Numbered from the stretch's first letter, positions 18,965 to 29,554 are shown. The stretch: 64,000 bases of DNA from an uncultured euryarchaeote (GCA_937899865.1 CALBRH010000044.1:78981-142980); one strand, 5' to 3'. Notes: generated by a model from the letters alone, not told the origin. Numbers and translations are program-made.

Positions 18965-21189
18965 TCATTTGCCTCCGACATGGTTACATCAAGTGATGAT
19001 AATTGTAAACTAAACTGAATAGGTTCTCCATTAGTATGCCAGACCGCTTCTGAAGTTCCAATACTTGGGTCTGGTACCCAACCAACATAATCAGTTAACA
19101 AATCTAATCTACCAGGGTAAATGGTCCAGTCTAAACTTTGTTCTAAGCCACTAGCAGCTGAATTGGCTATCGCTTCGCCATACGGACTGTACCATCCTCT
19201 TCTGACTTCATATGCAGTTTCTGAGGCTAGTGACTCACGATATGCAAGTTCAATGTCCAAACTCATGACTCCTGAGCCCACAGTACTGTCTGAAGATGGA
19301 TTAAGTGCTGGAATAGTTGATGCAAACCTTGGTCCGGGGCCAGATCTATCATTGGGTTGCTTCAATACTGTCGGTAGGAATTCTGGATGATTAGTTAATA
19401 CTGCTCCATTAGAATATGCAACTTCCATACCAGTTACCGATGATGTAAATTCATAGGTTAGTCTCGAAATGTGCAAAATCCATGCTGATGCTACAATGCT
19501 ATAGTCGGTTTGTCCATTGTTAGCAATCAAATCGACAGAATAACTTGATGGATGAGTGCCTTGTCTCCATGCTTCTAAAATCTGAGCCTCACTCGTGCCA
19601 GAAAAAGTATTCCATGGTAATACAGTAGATATCCAGCCACTGGCAGTAGTATCAATGCCTAGGCATCTTTCAGCGCCATCATGAGCCAATTCAATCATTC
19701 CAGAGGGTCCACTTAATCGGTAAACTCTCATTGGATGGCCTTCTAGAATAGAGATTTGGTGATTGCCAACATCGGTCGAAAATTCATAAAACGGAGAATC
19801 AAAATCAGAGGTTTGGTTAAATGAGGTATAACTAGAAAAATTCCATTGCGAACTATATCCTGCAATTTGTGTTACAATAGAATCAACTGTGTCAGAATTA
19901 TATGTCTCAAATAGATGTTCCATTCCAGATGAGAATCCTGTGTCGTGTGCTGGAACAAGTCCTGCTCCAATACTATTAGGATTTGAATTATTATTATGCC
20001 AGTAAACTAAAACATCATTGTCTATGTCGATTATAGGTGAACCAGATATCCCCGATGGAGGCCATGATATTGATTCTGTTGAGCCACTAGGTATTGAGAT
20101 TCCACCACCTTTCCAAGTTGCAGTTGCAATTGAATCACTCGGGTTTGTTAATTCTAGATAACCAGTCATTTGTGGTGTCAAAAATTCTGTTCCAAGATAT
20201 GAACCTGAATTAGATTTTAGATTGATTATACCACTGTTACCGGTAGTTTCCGTAAGGAGTATCATATGTGAAGGTGAACTTGTAGTAATTTTCACAATAG
20301 ATGCTTCTTGTAATGATATAGTCGTAGTCCAAGATGTACCTATTCTTGTGTCATCACTGCTTGTAACTATGTTATTTGTTTCAACACCACTTTCTGTTAC
20401 TGATATTAAATTAGCATCTCGACTGATTACGCTAATTATTGAATCACCTGACGGTAATGGTATTGTCCATGATCTACCTGTATCATCAGTCTTACTTGGG
20501 TTGTCTGGAGTAATCAATGCTCCACCACCTTGTCCAGCACTAGCAATTATGGCTAATTCATGTGAAGATTCCATTTTCAAATTAGTCAATGTATTTGTGT
20601 CAATAGTTAGAGATTGATCAATATTCATTTCAATAGTTTCAAACAGAGAGTCATCAATCATTAATTTGATTTTTATTGGCCCAAGAGGAGATGCTATCCC
20701 TTGTACAGAAGTGATTTCTAAATTTTCAACCCAGTCTGGAACAGAGTAATAGAATGGCCTAGTTGGTCCAAGTCGTAAATCATCATAGCATATTGCAGTC
20801 GTTTTACTTTCAGGGTGTTTGATCTCGATATTGTCATCAAAGTCAAGTATACCTTTCATACGAAATGTAGTCTCATCAGACCAAGTTGAAGAATACCACA
20901 TCCCTCCTCTCGTACTATCCCATGTTAGACTTCCATCTAGAGGCACTAATTCTAATTCTGTCGAGTCTCCAGGCATTCCATGCTCACTTAGAATTTCAGT
21001 TTGATGTGCTAATACCATCATTTGTGATGACATGTCGTCTCGCTCTATCGAACCTTCAAGCTCTTCAATGATTGGCAGCATTGATACAAGCATCAAACCG
21101 ATTATTGAAATGACTCCACCAAACAATAGAACTGTTGCAATTGCTGCTGAAACAGCTTCATCATTACGTGTTAGGTTTCGATTCATCAT
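18961..21189 (-). CDS. Large type IV pilin-like protein (class III signal peptide), possible adhesin or minor pilin
   Basis: RNDEA/VSAAIATVLLFGGVISIIG archaeal prepilin pattern; ATGA overlap with the upstream gene and a GAGGTG SD. Confidence 0.7.
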   Translation of the reverse strand: MMNRNLTRNDEAVSAAIATVLLFGGVISIIGLMLVSMLPIIEELEGSIERDDMSSQMMVLAHQTEILSEHGMPGDSTELELVPLDGSLTWDSTRGGMWYSSTWSDETTFRMKGILDFDDNIEIKHPESKTTAICYDDLRLGPTRPFYYSVPDWVENLEITSVQGIASPLGPIKIKLMIDDSLFETIEMNIDQSLTIDTNTLTNLKMESSHELAIIASAGQGGGALITPDNPSKTDDTGRSWTIPLPSGDSIISVISRDANLISVTESGVETNNIVTSSDDTRIGTSWTTTISLQEASIVKITTSSPSHMILLTETTGNSGIINLKSNSGSYLGTEFLTPQMTGYLELTNPSDSIATATWKGGGISIPSGSTESISWPPSGISGSPIIDIDNDVLVYWHNNNSNPNSIGAGLVPAHDTGFSSGMEHLFETYNSDTVDSIVTQIAGYSSQWNFSSYTSFNQTSDFDSPFYEFSTDVGNHQISILEGHPMRVYRLSGPSGMIELAHDGAERCLGIDTTASGWISTVLPWNTFSGTSEAQILEAWRQGTHPSSYSVDLIANNGQTDYSIVASAWILHISRLTYEFTSSVTGMEVAYSNGAVLTNHPEFLPTVLKQPNDRSGPGPRFASTIPALNPSSDSTVGSGVMSLDIELAYRESLASETAYEVRRGWYSPYGEAIANSAASGLEQSLDWTIYPGRLDLLTDYVGWVPDPSIGTSEAVWHTNGEPIQFSLQLSSLDVTMSEANE

Positions 21190-22262
21190 TCGACCAACAC
21201 CTCATTTATGGAAACATCAAAGTAAACTGGCAGGCCGATGGAACTAACGCTTATTCCATCTGCCCCACTTGCTCTTTCAAACGGTGATAATCCAACAAAA
21301 GAATCAAGAGTTCCTGATGCTCTGTTTAGAGTATATTCTGTAAGCCAATTGTCATCATATTGAGGAGTTATTACTGGTGAAACTGAGTTGGTCAAAGAAT
21401 ATCTTACATTGAAACATTGTCCCGAAAATGGATTTAGTGAACCAGCAGATATAATCTCAATTCCTAAGTGATTAGCACTTCCAAGACTTCTATTTACTTC
21501 GATATTGGTTAGGATTATCGATAATCTAACTCCACCGGTTGCTAATTGTTCAAATTCAATTCTAGGGAATTTACTAATTTCCCACGCAGAATCTGCAAAG
21601 TGTTCTATTCTAGCATTATTTATCAAGTAAATTTCATGTTCACCATTGCCTAAACTGGTAATAACTCTTAATCCCGATATGGTATACTTCATGGTTTTGT
21701 GAATTTCTTCATCATTGTCATTTAGTACAGTTATTATGTACCAATCGGCAAGTGGCAAGTTATGAGTTACAATGCCAGTATTTACGTCAATGTTGAACTC
21801 GTTAATTCCATTTTCATCTTGAATAATCACTTTCTCTGCAGTAGAGTTTACACTTTCTACAGTAAAACTTGAAGTTGTGAAATCATTAATCTGAGTGATA
21901 TCTAAAGCAGTTAAGTCAGCACTTATTGACCACAGTTCAAGATTACTAACACCTTGTAGCATAGAACTTCTCATGTTAAATTTGTGGCGGATTCCAGTGC
22001 CATCGGGTAAATCTGCCGCAACATCTATTCTATCCTCCAAACGATCTGCGATTCCATTTGCTGCATTCCAGTTTGTATTGTCTTCAAAGTCAGAGATGTA
22101 AGGGTTAAGGAATACCCAAACTCCACCCATTATCGAAATGACCATTGCAAGCATCATTATTACACCCAAAACCTCGCTCACTGCGGTTTCATCTCCTCGT
22201 CTATTAGACTGGTTGCGCAGTCTTCTAGCGGGTGGCATGGTTTGCTCATGCTTTGGTATCAT
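21186..22262 (-). CDS. Type IV pilin-like protein (class III signal peptide)
   Basis: RRGDETA/VSEVLGVIMMLAMVISI is the classic archaeal pilin N-terminus; start could instead be ATG 22238. Confidence 0.75.
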   Translation of the reverse strand: MIPKHEQTMPPARRLRNQSNRRGDETAVSEVLGVIMMLAMVISIMGGVWVFLNPYISDFEDNTNWNAANGIADRLEDRIDVAADLPDGTGIRHKFNMRSSMLQGVSNLELWSISADLTALDITQINDFTTSSFTVESVNSTAEKVIIQDENGINEFNIDVNTGIVTHNLPLADWYIITVLNDNDEEIHKTMKYTISGLRVITSLGNGEHEIYLINNARIEHFADSAWEISKFPRIEFEQLATGGVRLSIILTNIEVNRSLGSANHLGIEIISAGSLNPFSGQCFNVRYSLTNSVSPVITPQYDDNWLTEYTLNRASGTLDSFVGLSPFERASGADGISVSSIGLPVYFDVSINEVLVE

Positions 22263-22291
22263 TTAGGTATTGACCTTGAAATGCGATAATT

Positions 22292-23116
22292 TCACACAAT
22301 CTTAGAGTGATTTTTTGTTTTGGTATGGTTTGTTTCCATTTCAGTTTTTCCAATGTAATGTGACATTTCTGGGCCATCTTGTAAAGATATGTGGATGTCA
22401 CCATCAAATACATCTGATATATGATACAGTACAGTAGATTCTGCAAGGTGTGGTGAATTATTTTTTTCTGAAAGATGAGTCAATACGATATTGCGCGTTG
22501 CTTTAGTACACACTTCAGCAAGGAATTGGCCTGTCTGGTTATTGGAAAGGTGACCACCTCTACCTCTTATTCGTTCTTTCAGTGAGTAAGGATAAGGTCC
22601 TGAATCCAATCTTTTTTCATCATAATTTGCTTCAATTGATATGTGCTCACAAGCATATACATGTCTTACAAGTTCATCAGTCCATGAACCTAAATCAGTT
22701 ATTACTGCAGCTCTCTCGCCTTTGTAACTGGCTATAAATGCAACATTATCCGAACCAGAATGGGGTACTGGGACTGGTAAAACGCTCAATTCTTCGCCAA
22801 TTTTAATCAAATCAAGTGAATCAAAATATGAGGTTAACTTAGGGTCTAATCCTAATTCTAGAGCAGTTCTTTCATTGGATAAAATTTGCATTTTCCATTT
22901 TCTTTGAGCAATATTTGCTCCACCGCCATGATCTCCATGGTGGTGGCTAATTAAAGCACAGTCTATTTCCTCAGGGCTTATTCCAAGTAATCCTAATCTT
23001 TTTTCTAATTGAGCACCACTAAATCCTTGGTCAATTAGTACTTTCACTTCATCAGTTTCTAGTAAAGTCGAGTTTCCCCGACTACCTGTTCCCAAATGGG
23101 TGATTCGTAAAGTCAT
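22292..23116 (-). CDS. Metallo-beta-lactamase-fold hydrolase, YycJ/WalJ-like
   Basis: LGTGSRGN, HHHGDH (HxHxDH), TDLG, EANYD, GPYP, GHLSN and HLSEKNN motifs. Confidence 0.85.
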   Translation of the reverse strand: MTLRITHLGTGSRGNSTLLETDEVKVLIDQGFSGAQLEKRLGLLGISPEEIDCALISHHHGDHGGGANIAQRKWKMQILSNERTALELGLDPKLTSYFDSLDLIKIGEELSVLPVPVPHSGSDNVAFIASYKGERAAVITDLGSWTDELVRHVYACEHISIEANYDEKRLDSGPYPYSLKERIRGRGGHLSNNQTGQFLAEVCTKATRNIVLTHLSEKNNSPHLAESTVLYHISDVFDGDIHISLQDGPEMSHYIGKTEMETNHTKTKNHSKIV

Positions 23117-23313
23117 GCTAATATCCGACTGCGAGCGCGTAAAGGTATTGAATAAATCGCTGTGTGCGATAAAAATCGTCCCGTTTTGAAAGGTCTTGGC
23201 TGGATATCGAGATGAAATGTTTGAGTTTTTGTCGGAACATCACTCCATCATACTCTTAAGGGTAATCAATGAGTCAGCCAGTGTGAAGCGTATGCTTTGT
23301 ACGAGGTGAGCAA

Positions 23314-26300
23314 GTGCGTAGAAGTCAATCAACACTATTAACAACTCTTGCAGTAGTCATCAGTCTGCTTTTTATGTCGCAGTTTCCAACTATTTCTCCG
23401 GTATCTAATATTCATCCTGATGATACTGATCAAGAACGTCCTCCTACAACTGATTCAGATGGTGACGGAATTCCGGATGTTCATGAGAATTTATTCAGTG
23501 AATGGGTAAATGGTACGGCTATTGATGGCCGAGGCTATGCAATGGAGGGTTTGGATAAGGATGATGCATCTGATGCAACTTTGGATCTCGATAAAGATGG
23601 TTTGAATGCTACAGAAGAATATTGCTGGCCATACCCAGCCGATTGTACCGACCCCGGATTCTTAAGAGGTTTAACCGGAGTAGTAGATGGTGAAGGCATT
23701 CGTTCTTATCTTGACCCAAGAAAGTCAGATACTGATGGCGATGGAATGCCTGATGGTTATGAGGCATACATGTGTTTGCGAATAGGTGGATTTGATGTCT
23801 TTGCTCAACGCTACCAGTGTGAGGATTTTGACCCACTAAATGCTAGTGATGCAACAAAAGATCCTGATATGGATGGTTTTGATGTGAATAGGGATGGGAT
23901 AATGAATCAAAACGAGTGGTATACATCTAGTGAAGAATATATTTATGGAGCCCCATCAAATCATACTACAGAACTTGATGGCTTATGGTGTGCAGCAACA
24001 TTACCAGAGGGTTCACTTCTAACAAATTGGCCTTTTATTCCGACCGGAGTAAATGCAACCTTCCAAAATCTGTTACCAGCTTGTACGAATGCTGAGTCTC
24101 CAGTTGGTGAAGATTTGTGGTTAGGTACTGATCCATTATTGAAGGATTCTGACCGATATAACTGGGATGGTTTTTCAATTCGTAGCTTATTTCCATCATT
24201 TGGAGATGGCATCCCTGATGGCTGGGAAGTTCATTTTGGAATAGATCCATTGAATCGTAGTAGTGCATTAACTGATGAGGATTTTGATGGTTGGGATGCT
24301 AATTTAGATGGTGTGTTTTCCCCAGATGTTAGTAGAACTGAAACTGCCTTGGCACTTGGAGAACAACTATCAAATATTGAAGAATATAATATCTATTTTG
24401 ATGATGGTAATCAAGTAATTGCAGGTTTAAAATCAGTTGAATTTGATGCAGAAAATCCTACATTGTTTAGTTATCCAATTTCCTTTGCCACATCAAATGA
24501 CGAGATGAGCATTATCCATCATGATATTAGGGCGATGGATGTTGTTGGAAATATGGTATATGTCACAACTAAATATGGTATTTCAGTAATGGATTTTGAA
24601 GCTGAATCAAGTGTCGATTATTGGATGCCACAAGGAGTTATTCTCCAAGATGCTGAACTTCTCTTTGATTCAGATGATGAATTATACGCTATTGCTACAG
24701 CCTCAAATTTTGGTCTTGGTGTTGGAAGAATCCAAGTTGATGGTTTCCTTCAAGGAGTCGAAAATTGGGATTGGTCTCTAACAGATGCTATTCTTGAGAT
24801 TGAAGAATTAGAAATTAATAGTCCAAATAATCAAGTTATTGGACTAGGTTTTGCTGGTGCTGGTAATGTCTTCGAAATCAGCAGTTTTGGTTTGATTGAG
24901 GAGGTTCACAGTGTTAGCAATTCGATAACTGATCAACTATCTATTGGTAACGCTACAGTATCAGATATTGAACACGGGCTTGCAAATGGTAACCTAACAT
25001 TATTTGTTGGCACCGACAGAGGTCTTCTAATTTCTGAAACTAATTCAGGAAGAGATGGAGATTCTGCTGACTGGAGATTTTACTTTACAAGGGAAGATAC
25101 TGGAATCTTTGCTTCGATAAATGAACTTAGAACTTTACCAGTTGGAAGTGATGAAAATCCAGCAGAAATTAGAGACTTACATCTAGATGGTCCAACATTA
25201 GATAATCCGCAAGTATTGTGGTTTGGCACTCCTTCAGGACTCCATCAAATGAGGTTGATAGATGATGTAATTAGCCACAGTGGTTTACTTGAGAATCCCG
25301 GTACAGATGAAATAAGTACAAAGGATATCAATAATATTAGAGCAATTCATACTACCGGTGAACAGATAATTCTTGGTTCCAATGCTGGTACTTGGGTTGT
25401 ATCTGGTGACTATTCCAATGTTTATGAGATTGACCAGCAGGAAATCATTCCAGGTTATATCTCTGAAATAGTAACAATAGGCGACTCAGGTAATATGACG
25501 ATTATAGGTGCAGCTGAGCCAGGAAAATATTCCAATCTAGAATTGATGAATCCTAAATCCAATGATTCAGATAGTGATGGGATACCAGATGGTTGGGAGC
25601 TTGGCAATGGTTTAGATCCAACAGATCCATGGGACGCAAGGCTAGACTTTGATTACGATGGTCTAGACTTAGATCAATCCGGCGATGGGATCTATGAGCG
25701 TTTATGGACAAACCTTGATGAGTTTAGATATATTGAAAGAACCGAAGATGGCTACAATTCTACTAATCCAAATGTTGGTGATACCGATGGCGATGGTTTA
25801 AGTGATGGAGCGGAATATTTCGGATTTTTCTATGAGAGTTCGAATCTTTGGTGTTATTATAATGTACAATTAGAATACATTTGTGATAGCCAAATTGGTG
25901 CAAATGCTAACGCTACTTATCTTCAATCTTCTATTGTAGATGTTGGAACAGATCCAACAAATTTCGATAGTGATGGAGATGGTATGCCTGACGGTTGGGA
26001 AATAGAACACCGTCGCTGGGTCGGCTCTTCCTTTACAGGAGGTAATAATTGGTCACTGGATCCAAATCGAGCGGAAGATGCCAATTGGGATGCAGATGGA
26101 GATGGTTTGCAAAATCTATGTGAATATCAATGGAGCCAATTGAAATATGAAGCAATGGAAGGTTTGTTGCTTGAATCACATGGTGAGAATGTTACCTTTG
26201 CTGAGAATTGGAGTGAGTCAGATCCAAATAATGTAGATTCAGATGGCGACACCTTGCCTGATGGATGGGAGGCATCTTATTCATGTTCTTGGAGCCCTGG

Positions 26301-29058
26301 TAGAGCAGGAATAAATCCTTTGAATGGTTCAGATGCACTTAACAATCCAGACAATGATGGTTATGATATTGATAGGGATGGAGTTTTACAACTTAATGAG
26401 GCATTCGTAAACTATCTAGAATATCATCTACGAGATGATTTATTCAATGATGAATCACCAGTTGATTTTGACAATTTACCATTTGGATTATCTACTGATT
26501 TGTTTGATAATGTTGCTGCAAATGGTAATCCAGAAGCATCCTATTCTCAAAGAGCAGCAGGTTCTTACTTGGCAACCCAGAATCCATTAGATTTGGGTGC
26601 TTCAGATCCGTTGAATTCTGATTCAGATAATGATGGAATGCCTGATGGTTGGGAGATTTGGTTTTCGAGATGGGATGTTTTACAGGATGAATGGACACTA
26701 AATCCATTGCAACCTGCAGACCGTTGGCAAGATGCTGATGATGATGGGATGACTAACTGGGAAGAGTATAATGCAATTGATCCAATATTGACTGAAACTG
26801 ATGCTGAAAGAACATCTCCTAAGTGGTTTGTAACTACTATTGGTAGTGCTTATACTTTCCAAGCATGGGCAGGAATACAAACGGATTTATCTTTTGGCTC
26901 ATTTGTCAATTCTACCCAAAGAAATCTTACTGGCTTGACTGGAGATCCAAATAATGTTGACACTGATGGAGATGGAATAATTGATGGTGTGGAACTTCTG
27001 TTCACTACTTGGAATTCATCTGCACAAGCTTGGACGCTAAACCCACTAATTCCAGGAGATGGTTTGTTTGATTCTGATGAAGATGGTCTTATTGACCTTC
27101 AAGAATTTGCTTTAGTAACATCTAACCCTGATAATGGAATTGAACACCCCTCTGATGCACCTTTACTCCATATTGATGGTGATTTATTACAACCAACAGA
27201 AAAATCACAAAGAATGTTCAATATGCTGATTTCTAAGGAAACTCGAGGTAAAAGATTGCTAAACGATTTTAATGATTGGCAAAATGGTGAACCTGCTAAT
27301 GCTTTTATTTCAATTCTGATGGGAATAACAGACCCTACAAACCCTGATACTGATGGTGACGGAATGTATGATGGTTTCGAATACTGGTTCGCAGAATGGG
27401 ATTTAGAGAACAATTTGTGGAGTATTAATCCTCTTATCGATGGAGACGTGTTACTGGATACAGATGGAGATAGTTTTGATTGTGATGGAGATGGGAACAT
27501 TTCTCTTGAAGAAAGATTTTCCAACCTAAGGGAATGGGAATCAAGAACGTGGGGTAAATATTCAGAACGAAATACTGTCCCTCAAGAAGTAGGAATTCTC
27601 AGTTTTGGTGATGATGCAATAAATGCATACATTGAGGAATTAGGCTATACCTATTTGCAAGCTACAAATGCTTTGTACAACGATTTTATTTCAAAGAGTC
27701 CAGATAGTGCTGATAGGATGCAAAAAATTAATTCATACGATTATAATAATTTCAATCGAACTTTAATCGGTGTGGCTGACCCAACAAGTTCAGATTCAGA
27801 TGGTGATTCAATTCCAGATGGTTGGGAATATTGTTACGCGATTTATGGTATGCCAGATGTCACAACTCAAGATCATTGGGCTGCAAATCCAATCAATCCA
27901 CACGATGTAAATTATGATGGTGATAGCGATGGATGGTATGATAGAAATTCTCTTGATATTCCCGCATTACAAGGGACTTGGGATGAACGTGATTTCATAG
28001 AAAGTGGAGTACTCATTCAACCAGGGCCAGGTTCTCTTCCATTCACCAATTTGATGGAATGGAATAACAATACAAGACCTGATTTAAATGATACAGATGG
28101 AGATTCTGTAACATTCATTACGCAAGTAAACAATGGGTTGGTCACCTCTCACCAAATAGATTACAATCTAAGTGATGGACGTGAAGTTTTCAAGTATGGA
28201 ATTAATCCGATGGATAATGATTCAGATGGAGATATGTTGCCAGATTGGTATGAATACAAGATGGCTTGGAATGAATCAAATGACAATTTTTCTTCATATC
28301 TAAAAATCAAGGTTGTATGGATTGATTCGTTAACTGGTGGTGATTGTGATACTAATACAGTATCTTGTCTCCCACTTTCATCTGACTCAGGTATTTTATC
28401 AAGACCAGAATTAGAGTTCACTTGGTTTACTCTTAATCCAGCAGACCCTGTAGATGCGAATTACGACCCTGATAACGATGGAAATTATGATTGCTCAGGA
28501 GCAGGATGTAATTATGAGCCATATACTAATTTTCAAGAATTCTTTATGTTGAATGATGAGGATTTAACCTCGCCAAATGCTGTAAGATTATCTCCTTTAA
28601 TTTACCAAGGCAATCCTGTAGAAGAATGGTGGCAATTTAGAGGATACACGTTGGGACTTGGAACACCAGAAGAGCCCACAAGTAATTATCTGAAAATGGA
28701 TAAACAGTCTTCAACAGATTTCCGTTATGTGTTGATTATGGATGATAATGACGATGATTTCCTAACTCTAGACCCTGCTGATGACGAAATTTTACTATCT
28801 GGTGCTCAAACTGACCCTTGGGAGATTTACTACACCAGTTCTCCGCAAACCGCACCTGTTAGGGCAGTTGGAGAACACGAATTAGGTTGGTACATGATGG
28901 ATTTCGATGATGACCATATTGCAGAAGGTAGTAGTCCGATAAATTGGGATACCGATGGTGATTGGATAGTAGATTGGTTTGAAGTAAATGATGATGAAGA
29001 AGATGGCATAAGAGGAGACTCATCGCCAATAAGATATGATTCAAGGCAAACTGGATGA
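23314..29058 (+). CDS. Giant secreted calcium-binding repeat protein (about 25 DxDxDG loops, bacterial TSP3-like)
   Basis: GTG start with GAGGTGA SD; N-terminal signal helix; repeated D(S/T)DGDG(M/I)PDGWE units; very acidic. Confidence 0.8.
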   Translation: MRRSQSTLLTTLAVVISLLFMSQFPTISPVSNIHPDDTDQERPPTTDSDGDGIPDVHENLFSEWVNGTAIDGRGYAMEGLDKDDASDATLDLDKDGLNATEEYCWPYPADCTDPGFLRGLTGVVDGEGIRSYLDPRKSDTDGDGMPDGYEAYMCLRIGGFDVFAQRYQCEDFDPLNASDATKDPDMDGFDVNRDGIMNQNEWYTSSEEYIYGAPSNHTTELDGLWCAATLPEGSLLTNWPFIPTGVNATFQNLLPACTNAESPVGEDLWLGTDPLLKDSDRYNWDGFSIRSLFPSFGDGIPDGWEVHFGIDPLNRSSALTDEDFDGWDANLDGVFSPDVSRTETALALGEQLSNIEEYNIYFDDGNQVIAGLKSVEFDAENPTLFSYPISFATSNDEMSIIHHDIRAMDVVGNMVYVTTKYGISVMDFEAESSVDYWMPQGVILQDAELLFDSDDELYAIATASNFGLGVGRIQVDGFLQGVENWDWSLTDAILEIEELEINSPNNQVIGLGFAGAGNVFEISSFGLIEEVHSVSNSITDQLSIGNATVSDIEHGLANGNLTLFVGTDRGLLISETNSGRDGDSADWRFYFTREDTGIFASINELRTLPVGSDENPAEIRDLHLDGPTLDNPQVLWFGTPSGLHQMRLIDDVISHSGLLENPGTDEISTKDINNIRAIHTTGEQIILGSNAGTWVVSGDYSNVYEIDQQEIIPGYISEIVTIGDSGNMTIIGAAEPGKYSNLELMNPKSNDSDSDGIPDGWELGNGLDPTDPWDARLDFDYDGLDLDQSGDGIYERLWTNLDEFRYIERTEDGYNSTNPNVGDTDGDGLSDGAEYFGFFYESSNLWCYYNVQLEYICDSQIGANANATYLQSSIVDVGTDPTNFDSDGDGMPDGWEIEHRRWVGSSFTGGNNWSLDPNRAEDANWDADGDGLQNLCEYQWSQLKYEAMEGLLLESHGENVTFAENWSESDPNNVDSDGDTLPDGWEASYSCSWSPGRAGINPLNGSDALNNPDNDGYDIDRDGVLQLNEAFVNYLEYHLRDDLFNDESPVDFDNLPFGLSTDLFDNVAANGNPEASYSQRAAGSYLATQNPLDLGASDPLNSDSDNDGMPDGWEIWFSRWDVLQDEWTLNPLQPADRWQDADDDGMTNWEEYNAIDPILTETDAERTSPKWFVTTIGSAYTFQAWAGIQTDLSFGSFVNSTQRNLTGLTGDPNNVDTDGDGIIDGVELLFTTWNSSAQAWTLNPLIPGDGLFDSDEDGLIDLQEFALVTSNPDNGIEHPSDAPLLHIDGDLLQPTEKSQRMFNMLISKETRGKRLLNDFNDWQNGEPANAFISILMGITDPTNPDTDGDGMYDGFEYWFAEWDLENNLWSINPLIDGDVLLDTDGDSFDCDGDGNISLEERFSNLREWESRTWGKYSERNTVPQEVGILSFGDDAINAYIEELGYTYLQATNALYNDFISKSPDSADRMQKINSYDYNNFNRTLIGVADPTSSDSDGDSIPDGWEYCYAIYGMPDVTTQDHWAANPINPHDVNYDGDSDGWYDRNSLDIPALQGTWDERDFIESGVLIQPGPGSLPFTNLMEWNNNTRPDLNDTDGDSVTFITQVNNGLVTSHQIDYNLSDGREVFKYGINPMDNDSDGDMLPDWYEYKMAWNESNDNFSSYLKIKVVWIDSLTGGDCDTNTVSCLPLSSDSGILSRPELEFTWFTLNPADPVDANYDPDNDGNYDCSGAGCNYEPYTNFQEFFMLNDEDLTSPNAVRLSPLIYQGNPVEEWWQFRGYTLGLGTPEEPTSNYLKMDKQSSTDFRYVLIMDDNDDDFLTLDPADDEILLSGAQTDPWEIYYTSSPQTAPVRAVGEHELGWYMMDFDDDHIAEGSSPINWDTDGDWIVDWFEVNDDEEDGIRGDSSPIRYDSRQTG

Positions 29059-29076
29059 AATTTCAGAGGTGCTTTT

Positions 29077-29520
29077 TTGTCAGATAAATCAGTTGATTCC
29101 TTGGTTACTCTTCAAGAGAGGATGGTCAATTTGATCAAGCAATTGAATATGCCATTGGTTGAAGTAAGTATGGTTATTCAAAATATGATTAGTCCAATGC
29201 TTGATTCATTGAAAATATATGCTAAAGAGAATGAGATGCAAATTCCTGATAAGATATTGAATCAATGGCCAATTGAAAAACCAATTCATGAAGAAGTGAA
29301 ATCATCATTAGCTATTGATAAACTTCTTTCAGTTCTAGATCAAGATAGGATGGATATCTTAGAAACTTTAGTAAGAGTCACGATGATTGAAACTGAAATG
29401 ATATTGCTGGACGGCATTTCAGCACTAAGAATGTGGGAGCATTTGGCTAGAGTTCAATTAGCGAACATAATCTCCCCAGGTCAATTATTTTCACCATTTG
29501 AAATACCAGAAGACTGGTGA
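29077..29520 (+). CDS. Hypothetical helical protein
   Basis: 147-aa ORF with TTG start after a GAGGTG SD; fills the gap between co-directional genes. Confidence 0.65.
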   Translation: MSDKSVDSLVTLQERMVNLIKQLNMPLVEVSMVIQNMISPMLDSLKIYAKENEMQIPDKILNQWPIEKPIHEEVKSSLAIDKLLSVLDQDRMDILETLVRVTMIETEMILLDGISALRMWEHLARVQLANIISPGQLFSPFEIPEDW

Positions 29521-29554
29521 CAGTATTTTGAATAACAAAAGGTTGGGTCTGTAT

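Noticed and set aside
23159-23173. ATCGC-N5-GCGAT palindrome in the divergent MBL / Ca-repeat intergenic region
   Set aside because: Only 5-bp arms, with no recurrence elsewhere in the window that I could find.
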